From: Nitrososphaerota archaeon
GTDB taxonomy: Archaea > Thermoproteota > Nitrososphaeria > Nitrososphaerales > Nitrosopumilaceae
Assembly (NCBI GenBank): GCA_005877305.1
Contig: VBPW01000012.1
Location: 1 to 56,293 of the forward strand
Direction of reading: 5' to 3'
Length of the DNA: 56,293 nucleotides
The notes beneath the pieces are model-generated. The model ran no database searches. It saw only the letters and a list, made by a program, of their open reading frames with translations, and was not told the DNA's origin. A program made the translations under genes and the position numbers. Positions 56,068-56,293 of the stretch are shown here, in pieces (the first letter of the stretch is position 1; each line of letters opens with the position of its first letter).

Positions 56068-56293
56068 TCGTTGTGTGATCAGAACTTACGAATTAGAAAC
56101 ATTAGATCAATAAGTGTCAGACACAAAGGATTGAATCAGAAAGTTGAGCGATTGAATGGAGTTTTTAGAGATAGAGAAAAAGTAATGCTAGGTATGGATC
56201 ATAAAGAATCTGCACAAAAAACAATAGATGCTTTTAGGATTCATTATAATTTTGTAAGAGAACATAGTGCTATTGGTCAAACGCCAGCAGAAC
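56068..56293 (+). mobile_element. DDE-transposase C-terminal fragment (5'-truncated; runs off the window edge)
   Basis: Open frame with no start: ..RHKGLNQKVERLNGVFRDREKVMLGMDHKESAQKTIDAFRIHYNFVREHSAIGQTPAE. The N..ER.NG..R.R......G......A......F..HYNF.R.H..L...TPA pattern is a typical transposase C-terminus. A stop lies at 56065-56067 immediately upstream. The IS family was not assigned. Confidence 0.5.

Noticed and set aside
1-56293. Search for CRISPR arrays, rRNA genes, intact IS elements or prophage-like gene sets.
   Set aside because: I saw no regularly spaced direct repeats, no rRNA-like conserved stretches, and no integrase, capsid or terminase-like ORFs. Only the headless transposase fragment at the 3' edge was found.

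Overview
AT-rich (roughly one-third GC by eye), densely coding archaeal chromosome segment. It looks like an ammonia-oxidising thaumarchaeon (Nitrosopumilales-like): PEFG-CTERM surface proteins, bridge-helix and trigger-loop regions of RNA polymerase subunit A in a single ORF (unsplit rpoA), intron-containing tRNAs and archaeal ribosomal-protein gene order. Content in order: a radical-SAM gene; four tandem PEFG-CTERM secreted-protein genes (2.1-5.5 kb); rpoH-rpoB-rpoA-L30e-nusA-S12-S7 (5.6-14.7 kb); tRNA-Gln; leuS and alaS; ribosomal stalk and secE-spt5-L11-L1-P0 genes (23-27.6 kb); dtdA, an MGMT-like gene, L19e/L32e, pckA, an S8 protease, sod, pfdA, ftsY, argF; L18-S5-L30-L15-secY-adk-DUF106-cmk-cbf5 (36.8-42.9 kb); cdc48; tRNA-Ser; tfb. 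From about 46 kb to the end there is a low-density accessory stretch with a decayed FtsX-type permease, many small hypothetical and zinc-binding ORFs, a CAP-domain protein and a truncated transposase at the window edge. Two observations stand out. (1) The PEFG-CTERM genes are built as cassettes: 88-bp (5') and 107-120-bp (3') modules are 100% identical at nucleotide level, while the cores between them are divergent. (2) Rpo2, Rpo1, uS7, uL18/uS5 and uL15 each show a gap of about 30 codons (larger at the uL18/uS5 junction) plus a frame change. A 1-nt-type lesion sits at the cdc48 start, and comparable lesions occur inside the cassette locus. This is not compatible with a viable genome, so it most likely reflects closed-up assembly gaps or misjoins and needs read-level checking. 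No CRISPR array, rRNA or intact mobile element was seen. All calls come from reading the supplied translations and the DNA by eye. No searches were run, and coordinates of features absent from the ORF track were hand-derived.
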